From Ptychomitrium polyphyllum (lineage: Eukaryota), in NCBI GenBank assembly GCA_973851085.1, contig OZ316776.1, forward strand, positions 7,006,001 to 7,070,000: a stretch of DNA of 64,000 nt, in the 5' to 3' direction. Position numbers and translations under genes: made by a program. The notes below the pieces were generated by a model. The model was not told the DNA's origin and did no database searches. It saw only the letters and a program-made list of their open reading frames with translations. Of the stretch, positions 38,301 through 51,711 are shown one piece after another; within the stretch, counting starts at the first letter, position 1, and every line of letters starts with the position of its first letter.

Positions 38301-40597
38301 TTGCCAAATCCTTAGTACCCTCTAAGATCCATAACTTCAAAGTTTACATTCTTCATTATTACAGCTCCTATACCTCTATCACTTTACCACTTCATAACTC
38401 TTCTTTTATGATAAATTCAAACTTTGAATTTTGTGTACATAATAAATATCTTATAATAAACACCTTGTCAAAAGATCAACCTTAGAAAACCCTTCTATCA
38501 TCTATAATGACCCAAATTGTACAACCCCAAACTCTACTATACACTGCCTTCTATGTCCCGGTTGCATTTGTCTTTGTATATTTTGCTCAAGATGTCCAAT
38601 ACTCACCAAATTTTGACACCATCTTTCCAAAGTAATCAAAACCTTTTTTAAAAAATTTCACTTACAAAAGATGTTTCTACAAGAAGTCACAAACATTCAA
38701 ACTAGCTGCCCTTAGAAACTCAAGGCAGCTAACTTAACTTTATTCAAGCTAAAGCCACGACCACATACTAATTCCAAATAAAGCGTGTGATGGCTTTCTG
38801 GAAAGTTTACAAAGAAAGACAGAAAATCCAACAAAAATCAACTCAAACTAATAAATATACTATGAGATCTCATCCAAAAAAAGGCTGCCTTCTTATTCTA
38901 GTGAGAGAGACTGAGAGAGAAGAAGAGGGCGGTGGTCAAACCGCCACATCCGCCCCTTATTTCTCCACATCAGCCCTTAATACCTTTTATCAAATCCTTA
39001 TCTAACCATATCTTCAAATAAAAAAAACAATCTAAATCCCTTTTTTTTGTTTTTCTTTCTTTTGGTTGAAACTTCTAGGTTCCAATTACAAAGAAGATAA
39101 AATCAACCCTCACAAGTCTAAAATAGAAACTAAAAAAACTAAAATAAATTAAACAAAGTAGGAAAAAAATTGAAATTCAACAAGAAACAAATTAAGAATA
39201 AAACCATTGCCAAGGTAGGTTTAGACACCAAGTCATGAACTGGTTGACTGGATAAGTTTCAGCTACTGAACCGGTCTGAGTTCAACTCTTGTCAAATTTG
39301 TTGAGTAGAACGGCAGTACTTGACTTGGTACTGCTAGCAAAAATGGCAAGCAGGAAAAATTATAGTCAACTGGCATAATCACCCTGAGCTAAGACAAGAT
39401 GCGGTTCCACCTCTAAGATAAATAAAAATTGTGGTTTCACCACAACCTTTATTTTAATCTAATTATTTCTTTTTCCTGATACTCTTTTCCAAATACACCA
39501 AACAAAAAATACTACTCAAGTTTTAAACTATACAATTAATTATTTCACGACAACATCATTCAGATTTTCATAAGGAAATTGGATGCGACGGAATAAGAAC
39601 TAGGTAGATTCCTTCTTAGTGAGGGTGCTACTAAGCAATTTTAGTTGGATTTGAAGACTAGTTTTATCATTTAAAGTAAGTGCATATAAGAACGTTCAAT
39701 AATGTTATTCAGGACATTTTTTGATCTAGTAATTGAAATATGAAAGAGCCTTTTTAATAGAAAAAATGATGAGAGGTAGTATTATGGATGAAGGTGGAAC
39801 TATTGGATGGTATTGTGATCTATTAGTACCCGATGGAAAAGTGGAGAAGTGTGAAAAAGACCAAATGGGAGATGTTACGGAAATTTGTTTCAGTATTTGA
39901 TAGATCCCAAGAGTAGGATACGTTAAAGTTGTAGTTCAAAGATGGTGGATTGGTGGTAGTAGAGAAGGGATTGATACTAGGGCTATCAAAAGTGCCATTT
40001 GGATGTGGTATTTAAAAAGAATGTATGATTGAGTTAATCGTAAATTCCTACCATGGAGATGAAATTAGTAATACTGGTTGTATGTTCAGAAAAGATGGCG
40101 TTTGTACTAAGACAAAACCATCATCTTCACGTGTCCATTAGTTGAATAGAGTTTAAAATGAGGCATTAAATTAGCGAACGCATTCTTGGAAGAATGAGAG
40201 GTCATTCCAAAGATTGCGTGGAACATGTATGGAATATTGACTATCAGGTGGATTTAATAGGTGGGAAGAGTGAAGGTATAGAAGGGAGTAGAAATAGAAA
40301 ATGTTTTTGGCCATTTGAGGATACAAGGTATGATTTAGTTGATCCATTTACAAGGGTTAAGGAAAGAAGGAATTGTTAATAGTAGGAAACAGAAGATTTA
40401 GAGAACAAAAAGTATGTATTAAGTGTGTATTGGTACTTTGTGCAAAAATAAGTTCTAAAAGAAGTGGAAATCCTTGTATAAGGATGTAAAAGTGGCTCAT
40501 AAAATTGAAAAAGTGGAGTCTAAACAACAAGGCTAGAGCACGTGGAAAGTTGGTGGCATGGTATGTGGTATCAATAATCAAAAATATTAAAGGCTAT
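35400..40597 (-). mobile_element. Minus-strand Gypsy relic (gag, protease, RT), split by the 38047-39552 insertion
   Basis: Gag with knuckle-like VCGFMDHPSHRCP (37440-37931); protease-like DILINGSLNVNVI (36816-37097); RT motif FSLTNALAIF at about 35950-35980. Boundaries approximate. Confidence 0.7.
38047..39552. mobile_element. 1506-bp LTR-like element (family D), copy 2, inverted relative to copy 1
   Basis: TG...CA termini, same length as copy 1, same spurious ORFs on the opposite strand; flanks ACGT/ACAT. Confidence 0.85.
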
Positions 40598-41744
40598 TGT
40601 TGTGCACCGCTCCTTCAAGAGTACCTGCAACACTAAAGGCACATGAAGACTCTAGAATGACGTTAAGGACTTGTGGAGCCGACAGCGAGGTGAACCGAGT
40701 AGGCCTAGCGTGGGAAGGATTCTGAGGGAGAGAGCTATCCTTGCCTATGTAGATTGAGGGCCGCAAAGGATAAATTGTAGGCATTGGAGAATTCATGACA
40801 AGTTGATTATAAAATACTAAAGATTGCTCAAATTGGACGAGGAAACTAAAAGATATGGCATTCCAAAGTTGAGGCTGTTAAGGGCTGTTCTAGACTATGG
40901 CAATCCTAGACTATAAGTGTGCTGGACTGGGACAATGCAGGGAGTCTTGAACCTTGGAAGAGGAATATCTCCCAGAATATTAAGTCAAATTGGACATTTG
41001 AAGAGTCTATCGGCATTTGCGCAAAGAGTAAATGACAATAGAGTGGTCACTCAATAATTCGGACACCAGATGTGGAAAATATGGCTCCCTAAAGGTCCGC
41101 AAGAAGTCTTAAAGGCTTCCAACAAATAAGTTCCAAGGGAGATTGGGTGGTCTTCCAAAGTTTTTGGTTTGTTGGAATTCAGCCAAATACAGAGGGCCTG
41201 GGGGCCTGCCAAATCCCACGAAGAGTGTTATAGGAAAGGGATGGTCCCCCTCCTTAATCCCCTAGTGTCTTAGTAGGAACCAAGGATGAGTTCCGGTTGG
41301 TGGAGCTAGTGTTGGGGTTTCACCACGGGGACTCCTACACCATTATGAGTTTGTGGGTGATCTATTTCATAAAAAGAACTAGTGAGATCAAAAAGGTACG
41401 TTTGTTATCACTAAGTTGGGGTGGTGTCTTCACGCTGGCACTATAGTGACCCGAAGTAATCTTAGGATTACATGGGAATTATGTGTGGTAGTAAGGAGAC
41501 ACTACTAAGTGCAGTTAGGCCGTGTGGAATGGAAATAACATCAAATAAAGCCTTGGACATGAATGGAAGTCCGCACCTACCACTGGCTACCAATCAATTG
41601 GGTGTCTTAAGAAAAATGATAGAGAGAGTTAGAAACCAAGCTTGGAACTTGGAGAGTAAAAATGGGGGTTAGCCATGTATATGTGGCGGTATATAGGATT
41701 GACGTGCGTGACGTTTGTTAAGGTGTATTACAAAGGTTGCGATT
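40598..41744. mobile_element. Family C LTR, second copy (possibly the 5' LTR of the minus-strand Gypsy relic)
   Basis: Starts TGTTGTGCAC and is collinear with 15968-17542 minus the nested 408-bp LTR. Confidence 0.8.
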
Positions 41745-42995
41745 ACTAAGGTGTTACATAGTTACTATATTTGAATTGAGATAAGCAAGATAGAAATATT
41801 TTTTGAAAGAATGATTTGAGGACTATTAGTGCGTATTAAGGGGAGTCATGAAATAGAGTTGTAAGAATGGTGTAGAGAAGATAAACATATTTGAAATACT
41901 ACATGGTTGCCAAATGTTATGATTGATAACTACCAAGTAATCAAAGACTTGATAGTTTTTTATTGGAGAATCCTTATTAGAAAATGGCTGACTATACCAA
42001 TATTATAATTAATAACTACTAAGTACTTTGAAACTTGGTAGTTCTTTATCAAAGAGACTGGATCTAGGAAAAGCATTTTATACAAATTTATAGTTGATAC
42101 TACCAAATGGAAGAAACATAGGAGTATTAAGAATCAAATTATAAAATACTATGGAATTTGCTAGAATGGAAAAACATACATAAAAAACATTACTTTAAAA
42201 AAAAATTGATGAAAGGATCAAAGAATGGAATATATAAAAAAATTTATAGAAAAGAAAAAATACAACACACCTTCAATTTTCTTAATTGCGGATTTAAATA
42301 CTAGATTCAAGATCCTATAAAAGTAGATTTACATTTTTTTATTTAAATTAATAGATTATTATTATCATCCAGTAGTTATCATTGGAAGATGTCTGGTAGT
42401 ACTAATAGGAGAAGATTGGTAGAATAAGTCTGATAGTATTGGATATCACCTAGTATCTCGGTAACACTTGTGTTCTCTTGAATATGCTTAAAGAGTAATT
42501 GGTTGTGTTTTCTTCAATTGCAATACTTATTAAACAAAATCAACTTTGTCAACCTTTAGTATTAAAGGATCTAAAGTAAGATGAGACAAAGGCACTCCAA
42601 TATTGAATGCACCTACAAGTAAAAGCATTGGCAAGTTGCCCTTCAAATTTAAGTCTTCATTCATATGCCTAAATTCTAATCATCTTGTTAGAAGTTGGAA
42701 GAGTCATTATTATAAGACTGGAGATCATCTTTGGAAGATGTTCCAAAGAACTTAATCAAAATTAAAAAATTGGCTAGAACATTTTAACTACAAAAATCTT
42801 AATTAGTCGTTACCAACATTTTTTACAAAGAACAGTTGAGGTAGTAGATAGAAAAACAACTACCAAAATACATTTCTTTTTTTTTCAACAAATTCTTAAA
42901 TTTATCGCGATGTGAAAAAAAAAAACCATAAAAAAAGCTGCCAATGTAGCTTGTTAGTTAAATGAGGAGGTTTTTGTTACAAACATATTTATATT

Positions 42996-43104
42996 ATGCC
43001 TTTCTTTTATTCTTTGTATTAATTCTTATTAATCATTAGCTCCTTGGAAGCTAACTCCTTGGAAGCCACTTCAAATCTATTTCTTGTTTTTGATGCCCCT
43101 AACA
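42996..43104 (+). mobile_element. 3' fragment of an RLG1-like LTR
   Basis: TTAATCATTAGCTCCTTGGAAGCTAA...GCCCCTAACA resembles the LTR end at about 30320-30425. Confidence 0.6.
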
Positions 43105-46100
43105 ATTTTTATTTGCAGAATAATACTTGAATAGTTTAATACACTTCAAAAAATATTGAATCTTTTGAATTTCATTGAAAAAATAATCATTATTGTTCAA
43201 CACTTCCTATTGATAAGTAAACACTTGCCATTAAAATCATATTGGATATACAATTTGTAATTGCTATATTAGAAGTTTGGACATTGAAGTAGTAGAGTTA
43301 GTAGGTACAAATTCACTTACCATAAAATATTAATATTGGTTTTTTTCTTATTTCATTTTGCAATATAAAAGAAAAATAGAATAAACAAAAGAATGAATTT
43401 TGATGAATTAAGGGTGGATTTGATGGAGTTTAGACCATTTTATTTTATTTTTCTTCTTTGTATTAGATGAATTGAAGGTGTACAAATTTATAAATTAACT
43501 TGCATTGAAATTGCAAATAAGAATTTTAATTCTTAAGTAGAAGGTTGCAAAAATCATCCTATATTTTTTTTTAGAATCTTTTTAAAATCTTAAAGATGTT
43601 GGAGTTTCCATTGTAGTTAATTCAAATTCAAATTATTTTGTAATGCAGTAAATTATATTTTTTAAATGCAACTTGGTATTAGCAGCTTGATATTTTTAGG
43701 TATCATGGCTTATGTGAAAGATTCTTTGCATTGTTAGAATAAGACAAAAGAAGTTTGAAAGCTAAAATCTAGAATGAAAGGAAAATTTATTAAAAAAATC
43801 TTATACAATTCAAAAGCAAATTATAATACAATTTGTTTTAAAAAGAACTTTTGAAATATTTCCAAGTGAAATTTAAAATAAGAAAAATACACACACTTTC
43901 AACTTTTCTAATTGAAGGTTTTAAATATTAGTCTTTGAAGTTTTTAGATCCTATAGTTCTAGATCTACTTCCATTGTTTGAATTTAAAAAAAAACAAAAT
44001 TAATGACTATCATCTGGTTGTGCTGGATGAAAACTTAGTAATATTGAAGGTAGTCCCGGTAAGCTAATAACATACTTCAAATAATTTGTTCATCAACTAC
44101 ATATTATAATATTGTTTAGATTAGGCTTGCAAATATAACATAGTCAACTCAATTCAAGAAAAATGACAATTGAAAATCATAAAAAGTTGACATTGCAACC
44201 TACAATGGATTCATGTTTAGATTCTTTCGAAGCTTTCCATTTCCTTGTAACGCATTGTCTATGACAAGTGAGTCCACTACAGTTCTCCATTATACGTTCC
44301 ACAGCATCTCTCTAACATGAAATTTCCAATTCACCATGCTCTATCATTGTATCCTAGTTTAACTAACAAATGTTAGGCTAGTTTGGAGTGACCGTTCCAA
44401 CTTTTCAAAGTAGAAATTTTGGTTCGAGCAAGATAATGGCATGAAGGAAAATGGAGCAGAGTCTCTTCTACACCTAGATAAGCAGATGAATGCATGCACA
44501 ACTGCCTGGAATATTTCAACCACGGCGGCCCCCAGAACTGTGCATGTCGGTTTTAGATTGGTCGGTGCTGAAAACATGTGCGTTATTTTGACGACTTCAG
44601 TGTCACATATCTCTATGAGAATAATCGTGTGCTCACATTGCAAGAGCCAACCTCAGCTCTTCAAAAACAGAATATTTCAATGGCGTCCAAGGGTAATGCT
44701 TATAATTTGGTGGCTGTGATGAGAGAAACCAGGATGCGACTTTTTCTCAAACTATCCGGGCACGATCATACATGTAATCGTCTCAAAGCTTCAAATATCG
44801 CCTGCATTAGAAAGTGTTGTTCAGAAGGGGCTCATCTGGTAACCGTTTTGGTCGTAACTGTTACCTCTATCCAAACTGAATTTGCTTTTCAAGGAACTCT
44901 CGTATGTTTTTTCATCCGGATTTTAGACAATTAGCTTGCAGTATTTGACAATGAAGATACGACTTACTCAAAAATGAGTAATGAAAATAGGACTTAGCTT
45001 AAAAGCTTCACTTTTGCTGACAAAATCATTTATACAGAAGTTTGAGAAAACAAAGGTAATCCGTAAACACTGTACTCAGAGCCTTGGGCTTTACAGAAAT
45101 CGGTAGATCGAGAAGCTGGAGATGCGTGATGGATTGGACAACATCTTGTTTAGCGGTGCGGTAAAGCAGAGGGCTATAGCTGACGCCCAACTGCTGGTTG
45201 ACAACTGGTTGAGTGTACTAGATTGATCCGACCGTGCGCATCTCATCCATACGTGGAGTCGAACATCTTCCCTTGTATTCTTGCATAATTCTATAGAGTT
45301 TCTGCTTACCATATCATGTGTGCAGCTTCTAGAATTTTGATCACCCCAAGACAGTGCTAGGTGCACATTGAGTCACAGTGCCCTTCGCACTGTTACGAAC
45401 GACTTTCACAGTACTCCACTACAATTGAAAAAGCAGACAAAATTGTGCAGAATTGTAACTGGCATTCCACCCGAAAGGACAACGTCGGGCAGGGATTGAT
45501 AATATTCTGACAGTGAGGACAGTGCATGTAGAAACACTTCCTGATGAATCTTTACCACCAAAGTGCACTGACAGAAGTTGGTCACGGAACTTCAATCGAT
45601 CAAAGTACCATATACAGTGCTAGATTTTAACATGGTTTTTTTAACATGCATTTCTTGTTTAATATGAATGAGCAATTTCATACATTGCATTACTGGACCT
45701 GCACAAGGCATCACAATATTCTCTGCAGGCTAGCTTTCCAACGAATCTCCCAAGAACATGTATGATATAAATTCCTTTCACAGCAAGCGAGCTTTAGAGG
45801 GAGAATAGTGTTTCGTGAACGAGCTTGGATAGTAGCTGAAGTGGCCCGTGCATGTGTTGACACCTGGAATCAAGTGCAAGAATATTTGTCTGACAGTGGA
45901 AAACACGAAGGGATATATTTGGATCGGTAGGAGATGCAGTGTGTGGGACTCACGAGGTGTGAGAGCTGCTTGAGATATTCGCCTCTTGTAGCCTTGCGGC
46001 GGTTACCGGGTGTTATTGCGGGATGTTTGTGGATAAATTGCCGCGCTAAAATTCATCTCTCACCCTTCAATACATTTACTCGACTTCCAATGCTCCAGGT

Positions 46101-49100
46101 AGATTTGCGAATAAGATCCAATCTATCATCCGTGTATGTTTTCTACAAAGAAAAAAAACTTGTGTATTTGTAAATATATTGCCAACATGCCTAGCCGCCT
46201 CTTCTCATTCTAACCACTCGATAAGAATACTACCCACGGATCTGCTTCATTACAGATAATTTATTGGTAATCTGCAATTAATACGAATTGCATCATCGTT
46301 TCTTAAGAATACAATTACTATTTTATCTTTTCTTCCGAGTCTCAGAACAAGTTAAATACCTTGTAGAACATAATATGATGCTAAAAAATCAGTGAAAAGA
46401 TTCAAGTTTTTTCCCGGTTTATGAGGATACTGTCTGGTGTCTCAAAAGTAAACTAGCACAAGGAAGTTTAGGAGGTGCTTCCAGAGTTTGTCGACTACAA
46501 CTTTCTTGGATGCCGATTCTAGGTTCAACCGTAAGTCTTGCTTTAAAAATAGAATTTTAGTGGAGAAAAGAATGTGATTCTCCAGAGGTGATCCTAATCT
46601 CAGGATACTTGGTAAGAAAATCTTCCTATTCAGCACAGCAATGATTAAAGAAGAATTAGCGGCTGCTACATTTGAAATCTCAGACTATCCAAAGTGATAA
46701 TTTCACACCAGCTGATCCGTAGAGTACTCTAGTTCCATTCTGGATGGCATCGTACACGCACGCTTCCTCTTTGTGGACCACAGGTGGGTGCTAGCCTAGC
46801 CCTCATTCGCTACCGATTTATCTACCGATTCTCTGCCAATGAAGAGGAACCATTTGGCCTACTGTGTCAAAGCTGCTAACGAAAACAAATTTTTTGGTCT
46901 GATATACTGTGCCACATTCTGTAAACCTGGAAGTTGGAATTGCAAGCGACAAAGCTAACGAAACTGCAAGTATTGGTACTCTCCATCACTTAGGAGCTCT
47001 GTTGTGTGAAGTTTATGCGAGAAATCCAGATTCATGATGAGTCTAGTTGAATTACGTATTTTCTAGCTTGTAAGATTCCATGGCATGATCAATAATTCTC
47101 TCACAGGTGGGTGCTCATTTACATTCGGCCGGGATTCGGCCGCCTCAAGCTCTGACGCCACTAGCTCAATTTTTTAATCAATGAAATCAGCACATATGTG
47201 TGTAGGCAGGTGGGGCAGCAAGTTTGCAATTTTGAGGCCATTGACTTGTCAGCTACGTGTTCTAGCTTGGTGTAAAGAAACAATAACAGATAAAAGTGCT
47301 GGTAATCCTCAAGAATACGGTAGTGATGGTAGAAATGTGTAGGACGGCAGCTGCAGAGGAGTCGGAAAGCAATAGACCGATGTCGGTTGTGAGGTGAGGC
47401 TGGGTGGCCATATAAGGCAGAGTGCTAAGTTTCCTTACATACACACTTGAACCTTTCAGACCACAATTAGTAGATCCATTGTTGCAGCAGTAGCTAGTGC
47501 TCAGTGCTCAAAGTTGTTTCAGCCAGAGTCATTTGCATGCTCGTCCCTTTTCAGAACATGAAGTTATGCTTGAAGGATTGAGCAACGTGTGATTTTGGTT
47601 TACAAATGTAGCTGGCTCTTAACATGATGATGGCTTGGAGCCTATTAGATTGCAGTGCTTTCTATGAGCAATTTGTTCGTGAATGCTCATGATATTATGC
47701 TTTAAGGGTGGTAGATGATCTGTTCCATCGTTACCAGAGATGAGATAAAGTTCGAACAGCGCAAAATACTTCAACTTAGAGGCTGTGTCTCCTTTTTTAG
47801 TCGGTGTCACATGCATATCCTTTTTGAGAAGTCAGACTTGCAGCTTTGCGTGGGGCACCGATTAAAAAGAAGATGTTGCTTCTATTGTGTTACTCTTGGA
47901 TCGAAAATGTCAATTTTGTTTTTGAGACGGTTCTAAGGACGAACAGAGCCGAATGTGTAATGCAGCTTGTCGAGCCTCTTCTTAGCACATTGACTTTTTA
48001 TGTGTGGCCGTGAGTCAATTTGTAATGACTTAATTTAGTGCAAGTTATTTGAGGTTTAATGATTAGAGTGCAAAGTCGTCGTGGTCAGTGTCACGTTTGA
48101 TTGTTCGTCCTTGATTAGACCCTGCTTCATGCCTGAAGCTCTAAGTCAGTAGCAGTGGCATAAATCGAATGTAACAGATTCTTAGCCTGTGTAGTGCTTT
48201 AGGTTTTCTGTGAGCTTTCTGTCCGTATGCGTTCATGATATTATCCATGAGGGACAATGTATCATTTTCACAGATACATGTGCAGATAAGAGGTAATGTG
48301 GATGTGGCCTCTTATTGCTTACATGTTATTCTTGGAGATCGTAAATACCACTACTATCAACGAAAGTCGTTAGATGGTTAAAGAAGATGGGCAGACGGTC
48401 GAGAATGTAAAGCAGCGTGTCAATCTTCTACTGAGAATCACTGAGTAACCATAAGTAACCGAGTCCAAGTTGTGCATGCAGATAATTACAAGCTAGGAGA
48501 TCTTGATTGAGGTTGTTACCCAAATTTGGAGTAGGTTGTGGTTTCTGAGGATTTCGAGGATCTCGAGGATTATTTTACACTAGATGCTCTAGAGAATGTG
48601 AATTACAAGTAAATATACGCCAAATATTATAGTTTTACAGACGATGCACTGAGCTTGCTACCGAGACGTTGAAATAATCCGCAGCATTTTAAGAGAATTC
48701 GGTTCAATTTTCTGAAAACTGATAATATGTATCAGAGTAAAATGAAAACTATTATTTTGCATTTGTCTATTTATGGTAGACAAAGTCCACGAACGAAGCC
48801 CTTCGGCTCCCATATTTGGTACGGTTTGGTAGCCTGGGGTCTGGCAACCTGTTACTACAGTTGCTACATGTACCCCGAGATTTGTCATAAGTTGTCGAGG
48901 ATTGTAAGATTGACTCGTGCTTTAGAAAGACTAGCTAGTGCTTATAAGGAAACTATATCGTTTACACAAACTGTCCAAACATTTGATGATCACATGTTTT
49001 ACTACATTAAAAATTCACCAAAATCTCAAATGAAACCCTCCCCTGGATGTCAATAAGTCTGGGGATAAAGCTAGACACATAACAAACGACAACAAAAATT

Positions 49101-49171
49101 AGAATCATTAGGACATCTGTTCAGACGTGTGATGCTAATAGTTGGACTTCAATCTCCTGCATGAAACAGGA

Positions 49172-51192
49172 TCACGCATTCAAACACTCCGTGAACGATC
49201 CACACCACTCCTCTTCAAGGTGATCTGGCACTTCACCAACAATACTGACGTCGAACTCGTCAGAATCAATTGTATCATACAGTTCCTGTAAGCTGTCGCC
49301 AGACAGTTCGGTGCTAGAAAAGTTGAGCTTAATCTTCGCATTGAAATTCCCTGAAGCATTCTCAGGATGGCCCTTGGATGACGTTTCAAGCTTCACAACT
49401 GTGTAAGGTGAAGTTGCGCCTCCTTCAACCTGAATCCGAATTAGGTGATTGTCAGTTGTGACGTTACAAAGAAATTAGTACGCAAGGATTGTCTATGTCC
49501 GGTTCCAAGTAAAAGACTAAAAGGAAGGGAAACAAAGTTTTCGCGTCATAGTAATCTTGACACCAGTATGATATCCTAACGGCTACGTACCATATTACAA
49601 ACGCCTGAGTTCACATCTTTGCTTTCATCTCCACAATCTGGTAGGCCCTGAGCATTCGAATGTCGGGCCGCCTCCAGCTCTTGCCTCAATTCCTCCATCT
49701 TCTTTGCCATAGCAATCTTCTCGGTCTGAATTTTTTTTGCGAGCTGCTCCGCAATTTTTGTACGTCGAGAGAGAACTGCGTTCTCCAACCGCAACTGGGC
49801 AGTCTGCAGGGGAGTGACGAAGTTGGATAAGAGATTCCCTCACAAAATAATATTAAAACGTAAGAACATATTTGCAGTAGCATCTTCCTTAACAGAGCGA
49901 CTCAAGCCATGATTACTCAATTTCAAAGAAAAAGTACCAAACAAGGGATCGACATGACATGGATAGATTTCGGAGGCCACTCGTACCAAAATTTCGAGCT
50001 CGTCCAAACGCTCCTGCTTTCTTTGTCTCGATCGTTGTGCCGACGCACGATTTGAGGACATCCTGCACCAAATAATACCGCCGCTAAAGTCTCAATCACT
50101 GCATCACTGTTCGGCCAAACCTCGCATCCGTGGCACACCAGCAGGTAACAAAATCGATTCACGTGGGGAAAAATCAAAGGTAGAAACACTTCAAGAAAGG
50201 CAATTTCTCTTCAATGATCAATTTTGTTCAGTAGCACCACCTCCATCCATGTAGTCAAAGCGACAGTAATCAAGACCATTTCAGCTTATGCTAAGTGTTA
50301 AGAAGTAGTGCTTTCCGGGATCCCGTGTGCATAACATGTACTATCGTGTCTGAGCTTCAGATCCACCCCACACGTAGAAAGAGCTGAAGCACTCGAAGAA
50401 ACTATAATAAGGCCCACCTTCGTTTTCTTTTCTCATCAATGAGGACAGGGTCCTTATCATCCATCTCGGAGTCATGTTGAGCGTGGCTCTGCTCTATGAC
50501 AGCAGCAGATTTGCGAGCTTTTCTGCTTTTGGGGACAACCTTGTCCGCCTTAGAAGTATTCTCGGGCACTTCGGCAACCAAGAGAGCTGACTTCGTGGGT
50601 ACTGAATCCTCCGCTGAGCAGAAGTCATCATCCTTGATGCAATCGAACCATGTCGAAAGGGACCCAGTCGACACAAGTGCGTCGGCTTCAATGTCGTCAA
50701 CATCCTCTGAATCAAACTTCTTCATAACTAAGGAATAGTCGTTACCAATATCAGTCAAAGCATCGTCTGCCAAACCCAATGACTCAGGGAGCAACAAATC
50801 ACTCCCGCTGCCATCTATGATTGGATAGTCAATGACATCGACAATATACTTGTCACAATCAGGCTCTTGGTACGAGACCGCCCTGATAACAGAAGCATGG
50901 AGGAGTCAGTAACACAAAAACAGCTCCCCCAATGTACAGGCACCATTCCCTGCGGTGGTCATTGCCGTGGGCAGGGCTATGGACACGGCCATTTCAAAGT
51001 ATTCCGAAAAGACTGGTTCTGTCATAGAAACAATCACATACTTTCAAATGAAAGATAATACCTGACTTCTCCGACATCTACAAACAAACACTGTCACAGC
51101 TAAACCTCAGAAAGTGTGAAGGGCGGGACTCACCGAAGGAGATCAGGTACAGACACAGTGCACTGCCGGTGTTCGATCAATCCATGACACAT
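49172..51192 (-). CDS. bZIP transcription factor (group C/S-like basic region)
   Basis: Exons 51192-51134 (tentative start, phase-compatible), 50882-50418, 50062-49987, 49803-49591 and 49429-49172. Basic-zipper region DEKRKRRMSSNRASAQRSRQRKQERLDELEILTAQLRLENAVL. Confidence 0.9.
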
Positions 51193-51692
51193 TGTGCTCA
51201 AACTCTTCCTTGCTCCTCTTCACGTTTGCACCCGATTTCTCCAAGACAAGAAAGAACAGAAAACCCCTACGCAAGTGACAACCCAGCATTGGTCTCCGCT
51301 ACGACCCTTACCGTCCATAACATGGACTCTACTCATCATCCTCAATTATCACTACTACATAGTGTAAACCCATGTCAAACGTGTCCAAACAGTACACAAC
51401 AATGCCATCCTACTTTAAACCCCCTCCAACCCCAACATCCACATAACATCCACATAACCCTCCAAGAAACAACATCACAAATCCAACCGATCTTTCACCT
51501 CTCACCTTCACAAAACCACCGAGTGGTTCACGCAGGATGCAAGATGATGTACTCCCAGTCCTTGAATCGACAAACCCTCGCACAAAGTCCTCCTCTCATA
51601 TGCAGAGACTCCAACGCCAAATGAGAAACCCTAATACTCACATTCCACAACAAGCAGCAACAAGGAGAAAGAATCAACTGCGTTGTATTCCC

Positions 51693-51711
51693 TCTCTCTC
51701 TCTCTCTCTCT
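51693..51711. repeat. (CT/GA)n microsatellite near the bZIP 5' end
   Basis: Run of CT dinucleotides, typical of plant 5' UTRs. Confidence 0.8.

Noticed and set aside
22476..39552. 17-kb composite DNA transposon or inversion bounded by 1.5-kb terminal inverted repeats
   Set aside because: Host sequence is collinear on both sides of copy 1, the outer flanks (TCTAC/ACATC) are not a TSD, and no transposase is present.
45569..45590. miR156-like TGACAGAAG
   Set aside because: Only 9 nt match and no complementary hairpin arm was found.
51169..51624. 151-aa + strand ORF opposite the bZIP leader
   Set aside because: Non-ATG start and low-complexity Q/H/P/T composition typical of the reverse strand of a GT-rich UTR intron.
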